DNA of 64,000 nt, taken from positions 1-64,000 of the forward strand of contig JAUCBJ010001802.1 in NCBI GenBank assembly GCA_032718475.1, given 5' to 3'. The translations under genes were made by a program, and so were the position numbers. Origin of the DNA: Nemertoderma westbladi. Taxonomy: Eukaryota; Animalia; Xenacoelomorpha. Of this stretch, positions 1-13,734 are shown in pieces. The notes beneath the pieces are model-generated. The model saw only the letters and a list, made by a program, of their open reading frames with translations. It searched no databases and had not been told where the DNA came from. Numbering within the stretch: position 1 is the stretch's first letter; every line of letters begins with the position of its first letter.

Positions 1-671
1 ATTTATAAACCACAAAACAAAGAACAAACAAGGGCGAATTTATAAACCACACAACAAAGAACAAACACGGGCGAATTTATAAACCACAAAACAAAGAACA
101 GACACGGGCGAATTTATAAACCACAAAACAAAGAACAAACAAGGGCGAATTTATAAACCACAAAACAAAGAACAAACACGGGCGAATTTATAAACCACAC
201 AACAAAGAACAAACACGGGCGAATTTATAAACCACAAAACAAAGAACAAACACGGGCGAATTTATAAACCACAAAACAAAGAACAAACACGGGCGAATTT
301 ATAAACCACACAACAAAGAACAAACACGGGCGAATTTATAAACCACAAAACAAAGAACAAACACGGGCGAATTTATAAACCACAAAACAAAGAACAAACA
401 CGGGCGAATTTATAAACCAGAAAACAAAGAACAAACACTGGCGAATTTATAAACCACAAAACAAAGAACAAACACGGGCGAATTTATAAACCACACAACA
501 AAGAACAAACACGGGCGAATTTATAAACCACAAAACAAAGAACAAACACGGGCGAATTTATAAACCACAAAACAAAGAACAAACACGGGCGAATTTATTA
601 ACCACACAACAAAGAACAAACACGGGCGAATTTATAAACCACAAAACAAAGAATAAACACGGGCGAATTTA
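1..671. repeat. 37-bp tandem repeat, ~18 copies, runs off the left edge
   Basis: Unit ATTTATAAACCACAAAACAAAGAACAAACACGGGCGA repeated head-to-tail with only point variants. Confidence 0.95.
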
Positions 672-3094
672 TCTATTGACTGATTACTTATATAGATTTT
701 AGATTTGATACATCAAGCATGATGGCGCCTTCTTGGTTTTTATGATAAGTCTGCTCTATCAACTCGTTTATGATGTATGCAGTCGTTAGAACAATGATTA
801 TGCGCGTGTTGTTCACTTCTACGTCTCGTCAATCCTAGATATTCGATTTGTATTATGACTGTTCGTTCGGTGTCGGTGTCTTATTGCTAAGTTGTTGTAA
901 ATATGGAGACAATGTGATGTATGTGGAGGTGCGATATCTGTTATTAAATACAAATTGCGTATAAGGAATCTGTTGGAAAGTTTTAGGGGCAATACCCCTA
1001 AAGAAAGCAATTCACGTTCATGTACGTACAAGTACATTAGTACATTAGTATATAGGAACTATAAAATAGGAAGGAATAGTTGAAGGTTGAGGGTTACTAA
1101 ATTCATTATTAAAAATTAATAGTGCTGGACGTTTGACGATAGACGATGTTGTAGGGAAATTATATTTTGTATTTATTTTTTAGGAAAATAAGTTAGGGCC
1201 TACCTTAGTTTACCTTATATATATCACCAGGAGAAAACTAAAATCCTTTGAATCGTCGACTATAAATTGTTTAAGACATTGTATATATTATACATCAATA
1301 CATGCGGGTATCGGGAATTTATTACAACAGGTGTTTTTTTTTCTTTCCTTTCCACTCTTCTCTATCACACCCATATCCTTCGCCCTAAATGCGCTACAGA
1401 AACTTGTAAATTAAAGGACAGCTATAGCTACTGCAGCAACAAGATGTATTGTTTATGTTTAATGTTTATATTGGATGGATAATAAAATTTGCAATCTGTA
1501 CGTTTTCATGACTTTTCTATTATTCATCTAAATGTTTCCTATGCGATCCGTATATATCTGTCAGCGTACCTTATATACAATAGCGCCTTCATGGAGTTCA
1601 AGTTCTCACACGATACAGCCCCCACCACCCATCCGTGTAGGGGGACCCCACCACCCATCCGTGTAGGGGGACCCCACTGGCTGTTGGCGCTTAATGCTCC
1701 ATCATATTTGTGCCCCATTTACAATAATTATCTTTTCGCGTGAGAGAGGAAATTGTATCAAGCTGTCAATTTTAATTAAATTGTAATGTACGCCATTTAC
1801 ACATCGGGGGCCATATTATATTTGCATTCTTATAGCCAGTATTCCTTTAAAAAGGCTTTAAGTGGCTAATAAGTTTTATATAGTGGAAATTGTTAAAATA
1901 GTTAATTAGTATGAGGTCATCCGAGATACATTATGTCGAGGTCTTTCTGTCGCCGGATAATAACCGGTCGGCCGGTTAACGCAGTGTGATACCGATGGGT
2001 AATCAGATAGTTTAGTGCCACTGTCACTCTCGGGAATTAGTTGTGAGTGGGGTTTATTACATCACAGGGGGTCTATTTGCATGGAGAGGTAATGGACAGG
2101 ACATGACTCTTTTATTATAAGTCGTATTTAGAGTGATTTTCTTCTGCGTATGACACCCGAATTGGAAAATCGTTATCAGTTTTTCCCTTTCCCACCCATA
2201 CCCGCACTAGTATATAGTATAGTTGACATTTTACGAATTATACACTTATTTTGTGTGACAAGCAGATCAGTTAATGATTTTGATACAGGCGATGAACTTA
2301 TGCACGATTTAGCCATATTAATGTCATGTCACTCATGGCGATGGTCAATTAGATATATTAAAGCCGCCCTCTCTATTGGGAGGGAATCACCACTACATGT
2401 CGCGTCTAATCAGTCTATTGTTAAAGCTAACCCTCCAGATGCATTTATCATTTGTATTTGTTTAGGATTGAAATTAACATCAGTTTCATGCTCTGATATA
2501 GTGGTCACTGGTATACTCACTAGATCAGACACCATACTGACTGGTTGCGGTTGCTGTTCTATTCTTTCGATCAATGATGAAGACGAACATAGAATGTCAA
2601 GTACAATGACAGCTGCGCAGAGTGTGGTAGTGGTGCCGGTAGTATTAGAAGCAATGATGTGGGGGTAGATTATCGATCGTTCTATTGTCGTATCACTATT
2701 CACTATGTAGTCACTAAATTCAACATTTCTAACTAAAAGTCGCCCTTTAACGGTCCGCACCACCATGTAATTTAATCGAATGATTCATGAATTAGGCGAT
2801 GAGCGGCTATTTGACCGCATTAAGCAGTGAAGGTTCTCCCATATGGACCACATCTGGTGCGCTGTTTGCGGTATAGGAAGGCACTGGGCGGGATGGGAGC
2901 ATGTATAGCTGGCCTTGGGGAAAATATATAAAGTGAAAGAAAGTGTTCTACAAGTTATATAATGACTGAAATTTGAAACCCTGCCATGCTCGGCGGTCGA
3001 ACCACTTGTGTACCTCCCAGCTGCATTCAGTATTGCATGACTATACAAACTTTAAACTTACATACTTGCTGAAATAATAAACTTCGGGAAACTT

Positions 3095-3220
3095 GACGCA
3101 AATCCCATCTCGGCTAATCAATTATCCCACCTCAACGTTAAATTCTCAATTTAAGGAAAGGAGCAGGTTACAGTGACATGTTATTCTAACAAAACAATAA
3201 ACGAAACTCAATAGAACAGT
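3095..3220 (+). repeat. Dispersed repeat; a diverged second copy is at ~48001-48130
   Basis: Both sites share CGCAAATCCCATCT...GGAAAGGAGCAGGTTA...AAAACAATAAAC...CAATAGAACAG. Confidence 0.75.
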
Positions 3221-3358
3221 TTTATTTTTGTGAGTAATCAGCTGTTATTTGCGCCGAATTGTCCCCCCTCTATATCTGTAAACTAAAATGTAATTCATTG
3301 GTTTGAGAGTTGCGAAATAATTTTTTATCGATATTTTTACATATTTGTTTGTTTTCAG

Positions 3359-3548
3359 GATTCTGAGGAAACTGACCTAGAATATAGGCTGGAAGGCTCG
3401 GTTGAGAATTTGGCAATGTTCGCCATAGACCCAGACACCGCGGTGCTTTCGACTACAGTGTCCCTGGATAGAGAGACCATAGCTAAGCACACTCTAACTT
3501 TGCTTGCTATTGACCATGGTCTCCCTAGACTCAGTGGCACGGCTAAAG
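3359..3548 (+). CDS. CELSR: CELSR/Flamingo exon: second half of the first cadherin repeat
   Basis: TTTTCAG acceptor. Reads DSEETDLEYRL...FAIDPDT...LDRE...AIDHGLPRLSGTAK. The phase-1 G|GTATGT donor matches the next exon. Confidence 0.85.
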
Positions 3549-3594
3549 GTATGTGCGGTGATATTATGTGTGTTACATTTAATCTTAATAATGT

Positions 3595-3776
3595 TTAATT
3601 GGCGCATTCCCTCACATTAATTTAGGGGAGTCTAACTCGCTGGTGTAGTTCAAAGGGATCATATGGATATGAACTTATGTTGACAAATTAACGCTGTGAC
3701 CGCGGGATTCGAACCAGGGACCTCTCACATACCGTGTGATCTGATAGCTTTCCTTCCACTGACCTACCCCAGCACC
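3595..3776 (-). mobile_element. tRNA-derived SINE (head plus probable body)
   Basis: The minus strand has an A-box-like TAGGTCAGTGG and a B box GGTTCGAATCC without a clean cloverleaf. The 3' boundary is approximate. Confidence 0.55.
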
Positions 3777-4145
3777 ACCAGGGAAAAATAATACGAGATA
3801 AATAGTGGTAAAGCTCCTGTGAAAGCAACAGCCACAGCGCAGGTCAATTGATTCTGTATGAACCACACCATCGCTCGTCCTTCAACCTCAATTATATTAT
3901 AATTGTTCTAGGACCCTAGCCCCCTGAACTAGCCGCAGGACAGTAGACACCAGACATTAGCCCCCCAGTACAGTAGCCCCAGGACAGAGTTTATGGATGC
4001 TAAATGCTTAGATAAATATAATAACTACAACTAATCTAATATCTAGAATATATATATTTATATGTCTAAAAAACATTATAGAATTATATCGTTTTGCGTC
4101 TAAAAAACAATATAAGTAAATAAATAAATGAACTCGTAGCCGAGG

Positions 4146-4940
4146 GATACTGTCCGGGGGGCATCCCCTATTGTCCGGGGGGCATCCCCTATTGTCCGGG
4201 GGCATCCCCTATTGTCCGGGGGGCATCCCCTATTGTCCGGGGGGCATCCCCTATTGTCCGGGGGCATCCCCTATTGTCCGTGGGGCATCCCCTATTGTCC
4301 GTGGGGCATCCCCTATTGTCCGGGGGCATCCCCTATTGTCCGTGGGGCATCCCCTATTGTCCGTGGGGCATCCCCTATTGTCCGGGGGCATCCCCTATTG
4401 TCCGTGGGGCATCCCCTATTGTCCGTGGGGCATCCCCTACTGTCCGGGGGGCATCCCCTATTGTCCGTGGGGCATCCCCTATTGTCCGTGGGGCATCCCC
4501 TACTGTCCGGGGGGCATCCCCTATTGTCCGGGGGGTATCCCCTATTGTCCGGGGGGCATCCCCTACTGTCCGGGGGGCATCCCCTATTGTCCGTGGGGCA
4601 TCCCCTACTGTCCGGGGGACATCCCCTATTGTCCGGGGGGCATCCCCTATTGTCCGGGGGCATCCCCTATTGTCCATGGGGCATCCCCTATTGTCCGTGG
4701 GGCATCCCCTATTGTCCGGGGGCATCCCCTATTGTCCGTGGGGCATCCCCTATTGTCCGTGGGGCATCCCCTATTGTCCGGGGGCATCCCCTATTGTCCG
4801 TGGGGCATCCCCTATTGTCCGTGGGGCATCCCCTACTGTCCGGGGGGCATCCCCTATTGTCCGGGGGGCATCCCCTACTGTCCGGGGGGCATCCCCTATT
4901 GTCCGGTGGGCATCCCCTATTGTCCGGGGGCTACAACTGT
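4146..4940. repeat. 20-21-bp GC-rich minisatellite
   Basis: Unit CTATTGTCCG(G/T)GGGGCATCCC in tandem; explains the five overlapping repetitive ORFs. Confidence 0.95.
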
Positions 4941-6024
4941 CCTACTATTATAATATCTCCTTATTGTAACATTTTTCTATATTTCAAAAGCGTATATTAA
5001 CTTCCAAAGAAATCATCAAACAAACAAACCATTTGTTGAATATAATATTAAAAATCAGTCTTCGTCTATATCAAAAAATTTTATTACATGTAAAGTAGTC
5101 CGTTTTTTTTTATCTGTAACAGTCTGACACTAGTTTTCACTATTTTAATCAATAAATTCGGCTTTTTCCTTTGATGGGAATTGATATCTGTTTAGCTTAG
5201 AGTTAGGAGGTGCGATACATTGAAGTTATATGTGGTTATAAAGTGAAGTTCTACTAAGAAATGTAACAAAACCGTGATCGGGAATTTTACTTTTTTCGAA
5301 TTAATCGCAATTATTTGTCTGTATACTATAAAATATCAAATACATAGGTTGTATTTTAACGATTTCCGAGGGACTTTTTCTGACAAATTTATTTGTATCG
5401 GTGCCACCGCCACTGCATATGCGGAAGACACATAGAGACAAGGTTTATGAGACTCAAGTATCACCTTCAAAGCTTTAAGCAAAACATCAAGATAGACTGT
5501 ATAAGTATAAGTGTGTTTTTGTTCCGTGTTCAGGAATTTATATCGTTATTATAATAATTAAGTGTCGCAGCGGAGACTTTAGGGATTGTGGGAATTTGCC
5601 ATTGTTATGTAATGGGAATTTCTGACTAAAGACTAACTATATATTTTATTATGTTTGAGTCTAAGTGAAACAATGTTTGAATGAAAAAATGAAACGAATG
5701 AAATTGATATGAGCCGAATTCCCACAGATAGTTCAGATGAAATGTATGTTTGTGTATTTATGATAAATTATGAAATAATTTGATAATTAAATTAAACTAT
5801 TAAACAGTTTTACAGGGAATTAACAGGGATTAAACAGGGAACATTGGTAAAATTCGCTTTTCGGTTATTTAAATTTGTTCAAGAGCTAAACTACACCATT
5901 CCATTATAATTATAGTAATTAACGGTGTCCCACAAATTACAATATTTTTTAATGAACTATATGACATAATAATCGTTGTAATTAATGTAAATGTAAATTA
6001 ATATTGATATTTTGTTTATTATAG

Positions 6025-8036
6025 TTGTAATAAACGTGATCGACGTGAACGATTTCTTTCCAACATTTGAGCGAAGCATCTACTCCGTCGACGTCGTTGA
6101 AAGCTCGCCAGTCGGTGCGGAAATCCTGCGCGTAAGCGCCGCCGACCACGATGTCGGTCTCAACAGTAAAATACAATACATTTTAGTCGATTCTCAGTAT
6201 TCTAGAATGTTCGAGATGAATGCGACTACGGGTCGGGTCGTGCTAACCCAACGATTGGATCGGGAGCTCATGGATCATTACGATCTCGAAGTAACAGCCG
6301 TGGATCACGGTGATCCATATTTATCCTCCACCGCCGCTGTTATCGTCAACGTCATTGATATAAACGATAATTCCCCGGAATTCTCTCAAACTCAGTACGA
6401 GTTTAATGTTCCAGAAAATATCGAAAGTAATTCGGAAATTGGAATTGTAGAGGCCAAAGACGACGATGAAGGAGACAACGGTGACGTCACCTACGTGTTG
6501 CTAGGCGACCATCACGACGTATTGGCGATCGACACGGATTCGGGGGCGGTTCGAGTGATAGCGGCGCTGAACTACGAGGACCGGTTCACGTACGAGATGT
6601 TAGTCCAAGCCAGAGATAAAGGAGACCCTTCCCATTCTAACACGGCGATTATTGTGGTCACTGTAACCGATGTAAACGACCACGCCCCCCACTTCGAACG
6701 GGCCGAGTTCTCGGCCCAGATCAGCGAGGACGCCCCTATCGGGAACTCAGTCCTACAGTTAACCGCGTACGACCAAGACTCTGAGAAGTTTTCTACTTTA
6801 ATTTACGAATTTGCTGATGAAACTTCTGCTTCGGATTTACCTTTTCAGTTGAATTCCACATCCGGCGTTATAACGGTGCTGTCTGCGTTGGACGCCGAGA
6901 CTGTGAGGGAATATCGTTTCGATTGTCGCGTTTCCGATGGTTCATTGATGGAGAACGCCGATACCACCTCCGTTGTTGTTCACGTGGGTGACGTTAATGA
7001 TAACGCGCCCACATGGGAGCAGAATTGGTACGCTGTGGTTCTCTCGGAAGGGACCCCACCCAGCTGGAAAGTAATAGAAGTCACCGCCACTGATCCGGAC
7101 GATAAATCGCTGATCACGTATAACATAAGCAGAGGGGACGACGATAGTCGGTTCAGTGTTGGTAAAGATAAAGACGCGGCTGTCGTTTCGTTAATCAAAC
7201 CTCTAGAATTCTCGATCGCTAACAAATATGTTCTAGAACTGGATGCTTGGGACGGCGTACATCTCTCGACAACACGGATCGGCATTAACGTAACGGACGT
7301 TAATAATAATCGGCCTGTGTTCTCCTCGTCTACGTACTATATTAACTGCTACGAAAATGTAACAGTTGGCGCTGTAATCGGTAGAGTGGAAGCCGTTGAT
7401 GATAAGGATAGTGGAGACAATGCGAGGATCTCGTACGCTGTAGTGGAAAATCAGTATATTGATATAGACGTGGAAACAGGGGAGCTGAGGACTGTAGATG
7501 TGTTGGACAGAGAGAAGACGGATAGATTTACAGTAGCGGTTACAGCAATCGACCATGGAGAACCTCGTCTGGATACCGTCGTCGATGTCGTGGTAAATAT
7601 TATCGACATCAATGACAACAAACCGATATTCCAGCAGCCCGTTTACGAGGTTGAAATCTTGGAATCGGTGGATTATAACTTCTTGGTTGTCGAAGTAAAG
7701 GCGACGGATATCGATTCGGACAGATTCGGCGAGTTGAGTTACAGCTTGGATGACGATTTCGATGTGTTTTATGTGGATGATACCAACGGAATGGTTCGCA
7801 CACAAAGTCGATTGGATCGGGAAACGCGGGCAGAGTACGAGCTGGTTGTTATAGCAACCGACATGGCGGGTCGCAGTTCGTCGTGCGTCGTGCGCGTTGT
7901 GTTGCTGGACGTTAACGATTCCCCTCCGAAGTGGCCCTCCGATATTGTTAAACTCTCCGTCGTGGAGAACATTCCGGTTGATACGGTGATTGGCACTGTC
8001 TCTGCCGAGGACCCCGATGAGTCACCCAATAATGTG
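6025..8036 (+). CDS. CELSR: CELSR exon: cadherin repeats ~EC2-EC7 and start of EC8
   Basis: Seven DxNDxxP-type linkers plus LDRE/LDAE and AxDxD motifs. ATAG acceptor at 6023-6024; phase-0 GTG|GTAAGA donor. Confidence 0.95.
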
Positions 8037-8358
8037 GTAAGATTTCCCAAACCCTGGAAGTATTTTAACTTTAAAACCATAATTATTATACTAATATTGC
8101 ATTGTGAATTGTAGTCTGTTTTCATTTAAAACTGAAGCATTATCAAATAAAATTAATTCAAATTTCGTTATTTTAATCTATTAAATAAAACATTTCAAAA
8201 ACAAGTTAGATATTTGTGATTTATCTTAACGTGAGTCATGTATTATTTGTATTGATAAATGAACAGCTGATTTAGGTAGGCTGATGTTACCTACGTGACC
8301 TACAATTACAATTTACTCAGTAAGTTATTTACGATTTCAACTTTTATTGTGTTTAAAG

Positions 8359-8791
8359 ATCGAGTACGCGATGGTGTCCCAGAGTGTTCGCAACGCTTTC
8401 AGCATCGATAGACAGACCGGCGCCATCCGATCCAACATCCCCATCGACTACGAGATCCATAAATCCTATAAACTCGAGATCCGAGCCGCCAACGAGGGTC
8501 TCTACGACGACACCCACGTTGTCGTCGACGTCGTCGATATCAACGACCACGCCCCCGTCCTCAGCGACTTCCACGTGGTGTTTAACAACGTGCTAGACGC
8601 ATTTCCGGACGCCTCTATCGGACGCATACCGGCCTACGACGCAGACGCATCCGACGTGTTAGGTTACTCGGTTGTTAGGGGCAACGAGGCAAACATTCTG
8701 CTTATAGACAACGATGGTTCCATTCGTATCAACCCGTTGTTAGAACGATCGATGAAAGCTTTCACTGCAACCATGGATGTGGAGGTCACAG
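8359..8791 (+). CDS. CELSR: CELSR exon: EC8 and the atypical EC9
   Basis: IDYE, DINDHAPVL and IGRIPAYDADASD motifs typical of Flamingo EC8/9. AAAG acceptor; phase-1 G|GTTAGT donor. Confidence 0.93.
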
Positions 8792-11700
8792 GTTAGTCGA
8801 TGAAACCTAAATCTGTAGATTTTGCAAATAGAAAATATATTTGGTATCTATGAGCTGTTTTTAAATTTGGTGGACTGGTTCTTAATTTTGGGTGGGTGTT
8901 TCGTGTTTGGTTTAGGTAATGTCCTGTCCAGTGTCAATCAGAGCAGGACCACACATTACAGTAATACTGCCGCCAGATATTATTTGTTACATAATAAGAA
9001 AAAGTACCCTATAGATTGAGAGAATTTCCCAAAATTCGACTACCAGGTACCACACAAGGCCATTGCCCTCCCAGCTCTTGTGTTATGAAAGCAAAGCCCT
9101 GGGGCAAAGGGAATATTTCTCTATAATATAAACAGACAGAGATAACCCACAATATTTACATAAACTAATAAACATAATAGTATGTCTGATACACGCCCCC
9201 TCCTGGTTTAGAAAGAGATAAAGTGCTTGGTCAGCCTAATTAATTCCATATCTTCCATTCCGCCGACGTCTAACACTACATAATTGATAAGGCGTGGTAT
9301 TTTCCCTTAGTTGCCAGTATCATATCATATCTATTAACTTCTCTAATAATAATGTGGTTTAATATCAAACCTGTGATCTAGCTAGACCCTAGAGGCTGTT
9401 TACTAAACATTAACCCAATCCAACCCATGGTTTATTAATATAATAACCCAGACGCCAGCACTAAATATTTTTTAGGTTGCCACTAACACCGAGTAAGAGA
9501 CTGTCATGTAGTGTATCTTTAATAGAATCCACCATCTCAGTCTGGGGTCCCCCAGGTGCTGTAATTTAAACCATACCTAGGATATTGACCCCTGGGGGTG
9601 AACAATCCTAATAAAATGCCTTTCTTCTACCACCAGTCTATAAGTCAGTATTCGCCGTAGTCTTCAATCCATCTCCGTAATTTATTACATGGAGACTTTA
9701 CATTGCAGACATCTTATGGCTAGAAAAGCAAGTAACAAGGCTTACAGCGGTACAAGCTGCTACACTAAAAAGTTTGGTAAGGCCTTAGTGTCCCTTGCCG
9801 CTGCCTTTCTGCTGGCAATGATGTGTTTTATAATTTTATCAATACTATGTGACAGGGTGTCCCTTTGATTGGTGCCGCTCAAGGTTATAAATATAAGGTG
9901 GTCTATCTCTTTCAGAGCATCTGACATATTCTAGGAAAGAGATGTCTGAATAGCTGTGTGAGCTGTAATTTTGGCGCAGGTAGGATACTGATTCAGCCAA
10001 ACATTTAATGATTATAATTGACTTTAGAAACTCGAAAGAGGATATTCTTCGCCTTTACTCAAATCGTGAAATAAAGTTTAACAAACAATATTTCACCGTT
10101 GCCGTAATTATTATGTACACAATAAACTTTTATTGGTGGCTTATTGTTAGTTACGCAATGTTATGATTAACATGATATTAGCTTATTGTTTTGTCTGCAG
10201 GAAAAAAACATTAAGGGTATAAATTGTTTTGGCTGGTGGCTGGATAACCTATGGAGGGAGATTTCAAATCTGGTTGAACTTAAATAAGTTTTATAAGTGG
10301 TTCTTATGCGCGATAATAATATAAAAGTTCCAATTTGTAATGGGAACACTGCCGAAAGTTTCATTTTGGTAAGAAAATCACATTAGCCTCCCAAACCAAA
10401 ACCCTAAACCGGTATTGTTTGCAAGACGCGGATTTGATTAAAGCGAGATGCCCAAAGCGGTTGCTGGTTTCCGCTCTAAGCTATAGATCTACATCAATGC
10501 ATCCAAACATTCATTTACTTTACTTTTATAATAAAAGTAAAGTAAAGTTTTATTCACGTATGTTTCCAAATCACGCTAAGAGTGGATTAGAGGCTGATTG
10601 TAGACTTGCCAAACATTCAACTGCTCACCTTTACGTATCCAATCCATCTACTATTATGTCAATAATTGTAATTCATATTATTTGACCAAGTATACATAAC
10701 GAACTTACAGTACACACACAGTATTTAACGCTACTATCCTTAATTAATTAAGCCAATAGTAGTTAGATTTACATGTTTTTAAAATTCCACTATAGAGCAC
10801 GAGCCCCTAAAAATGTTACCGCGGTCAATGTTGAGGTTTATTAATGAAAACAGGATTACTTACAGGCAGCGCACTTTATTAATCTACGGTTGAGTTGTCC
10901 TAAGGGTTGTTGTGGGGACAATAGACCATTGAGGCGGCGCCAGATTTAACACATGGTATCTCTTTTGGAAGAAATTAATAGCCGGCTATGTAACGTAATA
11001 CATCAATTAGTGTGTTAATCGGTCTGGAAGTGGATGTTCTATGGTGAAGGTTGTGGCCTAGTTGTTCACTTTTTCTGCTATGCAGGATGGCCCCTTTTAT
11101 ATCGTGTGCAATGAGGTGCAAATGTTAAAATGCAGATAAGGCACACGTTGCTGATTATTATTGGGTTTGGTTTGGGATTACTTAATTATTTGATTATGAG
11201 TTCGTAAATTTTAACCGCATGGGGACTGGGGAGGCCGTTAGATAATTGGATTATCTTTACAGTTTCAGTATAGGTCTAAGGATTATTTGTTTTGTGTATT
11301 TGATTAGATTTGGATTAAACTTAGGAATCCGGCATAGTACCGTTTGTGTGCAGTTCAGTACTAAATGCGAAATTGCAAATTAAACTAATTAACCTTTAAA
11401 CACTAAACACGAAATTGCCAATTATTACATACTTGGTAATGTTGGACCGCTGTCTCAGCCTCCAGGGGTATTCTTTGAGACTTAAAGTGCGGGAGAGTAA
11501 AAATATATTGAAAATACCCATGACTGGTGCCATGTTTTGTTATATTGTAGCGCGTATAAGGACGAGTCGTATAGTAATAGTTTATAGGAATAATTGGTAA
11601 TAGTATAGTAAAGGTCGGATCAATCCTAACTTTAAAGCCGACATGGATCGCTGTCACTCATCACTGTATCACAAAAAATGACTACAAAAAACCACCGAAG

Positions 11701-11829
11701 ATGGCTCTTAATTGATATGATTGAATTATACAAAAATACTTGCATTTAAATTCTTGTATTTATTTAATAGCAATGCAATAATACCATTAATTCGGGAATA
11801 AAAATAATTGTGCAAATTATATTTTACAG

Positions 11830-12095
11830 ATGGCGTTAACATTGCTCGAGCTGTCTGCAGTCTAACAGTGACCCCTGTCATCCCATCCGTGCTCAGTTCC
11901 TCAATCACTTTCCGACTCTCCACTATGAATTTCCTCGATCTCTATTTCCAATCATTCCGCACAGCCGTATCGTCGTCCCTCGATGTCCAACCTGCAAACA
12001 TTATCCTACTAAGTGTTCGTCAGTTGGATGAGTTTATGTCAACAGATGTTACCATAGCTGTTACTCACGATGAAACATTTACCTTTCTAACAAAG
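11830..12095 (+). CDS. CELSR: CELSR exon: end of EC9 and Flamingo-box region
   Basis: TTTTACAG acceptor. Reads (D)GVNIARAVCSLTV...LSSSITFRL. AAG|GTAAGT donor; phases are consistent. Confidence 0.88.
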
Positions 12096-12681
12096 GTAAG
12101 TAAGGAGTCATTAATGTTGGTGATGTGATTTCATTAATAACTTTCCATAGTGTAACTTTTAAAATGTTGCTGCTTTTAAAAACACGTTTCTGTCTCCATA
12201 TTTCTATTTCACCTTTTTCGAATTTCTGTGGAATTTAATAAATTGAGATAATAATTACACTTGAAGTTTTGTTGGGATTGATTATATATTAACTATTGGA
12301 TTAGTTTCTATATCTTTAGTTAATTAAACGGACTGTTCTATCTACTTTAGTTAGGATAAGCAGTAAGTAGTACACAGTATACTTAGTGACAAAACTTGAG
12401 TGGTTTTACCTGGAAGAGGCGCCTCAGGAAGCTAACCGCGCCACTCATTATTTTATGCCCCCCATATGGAATGCGACTTCCTTTCCTATTAGCATATCTT
12501 CCCTTCTGACTGTATAAGAAGCAGTAACACGTCTAGGAAACTAGTATACCGTTTGGTATGACTCATACATAAATCACGCCCCCACCCCCTCCCATTTCGA
12601 TTGATTCAGCATTGACGATTGACTGAGAGATTGGGATTTTTTGTGGATTATACTATATTTAATTGTTATTTATCTATACAG

Positions 12682-12879
12682 GAGTTTCTAAGTGAAAAAC
12701 TTAGTTTCGCTGAGGAGAATATATCGGCGATAATGAAAGTAACTGCGGAGATCCGAAGAGATAATCTTTGTACGTCCGAGCCGTGTAGTTTATGGTATAA
12801 GTGCCGCCCTGTTACACAGTACCAATCCGCTCAACCCTTCACAACCTCAACTAATTTGATGTTTCGTTCTGTCAACATC
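12682..12879 (+). CDS. CELSR: CELSR exon: start of the first EGF-like region
   Basis: TACAG acceptor. DNLCTSEPC...C...LMFRSVNI resembles CELSR DNxCLREPC...FRPI. ATC|GTAAGT donor. Confidence 0.88.
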
Positions 12880-12948
12880 GTAAGTAGACGTAAATTAAGT
12901 TTGTAAGCACTTTTCTGTTATATTTATTTCGGCATTAATCCAAAATGT

Positions 12949-13384
12949 AATAGGGTTGGTGCGCGAAAAAATACCGGTCAGGCAATCTGCCGAGTTTACA
13001 ATTGTGAACAACATTATATCAATGTTCATTACCATGAATTTAATTAATTATAGAGTCAAAAGATGCGCAAGACTCCCCGCTTTCAATTGATATAAGCCAT
13101 GTTTGAAATGATTGAGATTAAATGTGTATTTGAATGGATCTAAAATCATCCTCCATAGAAACCAACATAAGAAATTATCAAAGCACTGCGTAGTGACGTC
13201 AAATATGTAGTCAAATATGTAGCAGCCAATCACAGCTGATTTTCAAAATTGGCTTCCCGCGTTTACTTAAACCCGCAATTTCCACGTGTTTTTACAAAAC
13301 ACACCCCGCCACTCGATTCAGGGCACCTTGTTACCTTATTCAACTGTTTCTAGCCCGTCAATTTTTTCGCGCACCGACCCTATT
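12949..13384. mobile_element. MITE with ~24-bp terminal inverted repeats
   Basis: AATAGGGTTGGTGCGCGAAAAAAT ... ATTTTTTCGCGCACCGACCCTATT (one mismatch). Confidence 0.8.
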
Positions 13385-13517
13385 CTTAATCAATATCCTA
13401 ACCATATTATTTTGGATTCTATATTACTTTGATTTGACCCAGAAAAGTATAAATATTTTTTAGCGGATCATATTTATTTATTAATTCTTCGTAAAAAAAA
13501 AACAAAAGCAAACAGTC

Positions 13518-13734
13518 GGCCGAAGCCGGAGGCGACCCGAAGGCTCCTCTTTCGATAGCTATTACCCGAAGGTAGGGGTTGGCGCTACTCCTATCCCAAG
13601 ATTTGCTCCCAGTTATTTAACTGGTACTCATTTTATCGACCCCAGTGGATGAAAGGATGAGTGGACCCTGGCGGGGCTGATCCTACAACCAATAGATTGC
13701 AGGCCCGGCGATCAACCAACTGAGCTACCCCGCC
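13518..13734 (-). mobile_element. tRNA-derived SINE with a conserved central domain and RTE-related tail
   Basis: Minus strand: GGCGGGGTAGCTCAGTTGG (A box), central ACTCATCCTTTCATCC...GGTCGATAAAATGAGTACCAG, tail TAGCTATCGAAAGAGGAGCCTTCGGGTCGCCTC. Confidence 0.75.

Noticed and set aside
2150-3048. ORFs of 87-172 aa as the missing CELSR 5' exon or a nested gene
   Set aside because: No signal peptide or cadherin motifs and no convincing splice pair. A minus-strand exon cannot be excluded but is unsupported.
4008-5000. Overlapping 116-262-aa ORFs
   Set aside because: Translations of a stop-free minisatellite inside a CELSR intron.
3695-13734. tRNA genes at ~3695-3776 and ~13660-13734
   Set aside because: Pol III box-like motifs are present but the stems are degenerate and followed by SINE bodies.
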